Origin: Vicugna vicugna | Taxonomy: Eukaryota | Assembly (NCBI GenBank): GCA_013265495.1 | Contig: MU063057.1 | Coordinates: 248,001-312,000 of the forward strand | Reading direction: 5' to 3' | DNA length: 64,000 nt | Part shown: positions 62,781-64,000 of the stretch, piece by piece | Layout: each line of letters opens with the position of its first letter | How positions within the stretch are numbered: the stretch's first letter is position 1 | The notes under the pieces: generated by a model | Told to the model about the DNA's origin: nothing | Databases searched by the model: none | The model's input: only the letters and a program-made list of their open reading frames with translations | Made by a program: the position numbers and the translations under genes

Positions 62781-64000
62781 TTCTGAGCCTGCTGCTGGAA
62801 CACTTCATGTTTGCTCCGGCCTTGTCGAGCACTCTGTTTCCTTTAGTGTGTCTGGTCCCCACTCCCCACCCTTGTCCAGGGTGATGAAATGAACGTAAGA
62901 CGCAGAGGAATGGCACCTCCCATCCTGCCCCCACTCTGGTCAGCACAGGTTCTGGCCTGATGTTTGATGTGGACACCACGTTGTGAGTCAAAGTTGATGG
63001 CTTTTGTCAGGTTCTGGTGCAGTGGGGCGTAAGTTAAATAACTTTGCCCCGAGTCTAACAAAATAAATTAAATGATACCAGAAAACAGAAATGAACAATT
63101 TTCACCAGGTCACATGATGTCTTAAGATGTCAGATTACAAAACTATGTTTACAGGTTTTGGCATTTGCCTTCTTCAGAATCTTCCCAACTTTGGTGTGAA
63201 AGTTGACACAGCTGAAATGTCATGAAAAGCAGTGTGTGTCGTTTTATTGGGAGAAGAGTTTCAGAGCGGACAGTCTGGTGGGCATTCCCTTGGATAGGTG
63301 GGCGTCGAGCTGTGTGGTAAGATTAGCTCTTGTCCTCTGCTGCAGAGAGGGTTGTACGGGTGTGGCCAAGATACATAGAGTAAATGGCACGTGAGGAAGG
63401 AGTGGCCGGGTTTTAAAGTGATGCTCTGAAGATGGGTCCGGGAAGGGGTTCAGGAGTGGGGGGACGCCGGGAAGGGAGGCAAATTCCCACCTCTCTGGAA
63501 GTGTTGCCCTTCAGACACAGTCTCTGCTGCTTACCTTTGCTCATGCTTCTCCCTTCAGCACTGATGGCAGAGAGAAGCAAGGCTCGGCTCACAGTCCCCT
63601 GACAAGGAGGGCGTGGGAGGCTGTTGAGGGAGCTGCCAGCTGGGAGGTGGGGTGGGCCCGCGGGTTCGAGGAGGGCATGAGGTGCCTGCATCTGCCCTGT
63701 GCCCCAGAGAGAGACGATGGTCTTTGTGGGGAGGCCAAGACCCCCTTCCCTGGCTAGGCTCTGGCCCCACGTAGCTCCCTTGGGAGACAGGGAGTTGAGT
63801 GGCTGACTCTGCTGGATGTGTTCTTTTAGGACAAAAACTTCTGGCCAGTGGTTTTGGTCAGATCCTGATTTTGTTCCCTTTTCTTTCTTGGTTTTGCAAC
63901 TTGTGGCCCTGTAGAGCCCAGAGTCTTCCTTTTTGCCCGAAATTTAAACCCAGTGAGAGGTGATTGGTTTTGTCTTCATCCTCTCCTTCAGGATAATTCC

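Overview
Very GC-rich mammalian genomic DNA with the gene order of human 11p15.5: the 3' end of CRACR2B (+), complete CD151 (+, 253 aa), POLR2L (-, 67 aa), TSPAN4 (+, 238 aa) and CHID1 (-, 393 aa), and coding exon 1 of AP2A2 (+). The lengths come from exon joins I assembled by hand at GT-AG boundaries. There are five CpG-island promoters, old repeats (L2, L1M, three MLT1 solo LTRs, MER20), a tRNA-Ala(AGC)-derived SINE with a perfect 17-bp target-site duplication (resembles the camelid SINE type; species is inference) and one 20-N gap. Best leads: (1) a 73-codon, strongly codon-biased in-frame N-terminal extension of TSPAN4 under an internal CCAAT/CpG promoter, whose last codons double as the canonical exon's polypyrimidine tract; (2) a tandem duplication of the CHID1 exon-1 ATG+donor unit that could switch between an out-of-frame uORF and a 23-aa extension; (3) an L2 remnant carrying opposite-facing AATAAA signals between convergent CD151 and POLR2L; (4) GC-shifted, T-poor ancient repeat-like DNA in CHID1 intron 10. 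Gene names, orthologue sequences and repeat families come from my recall of known sequences, not from database searches.
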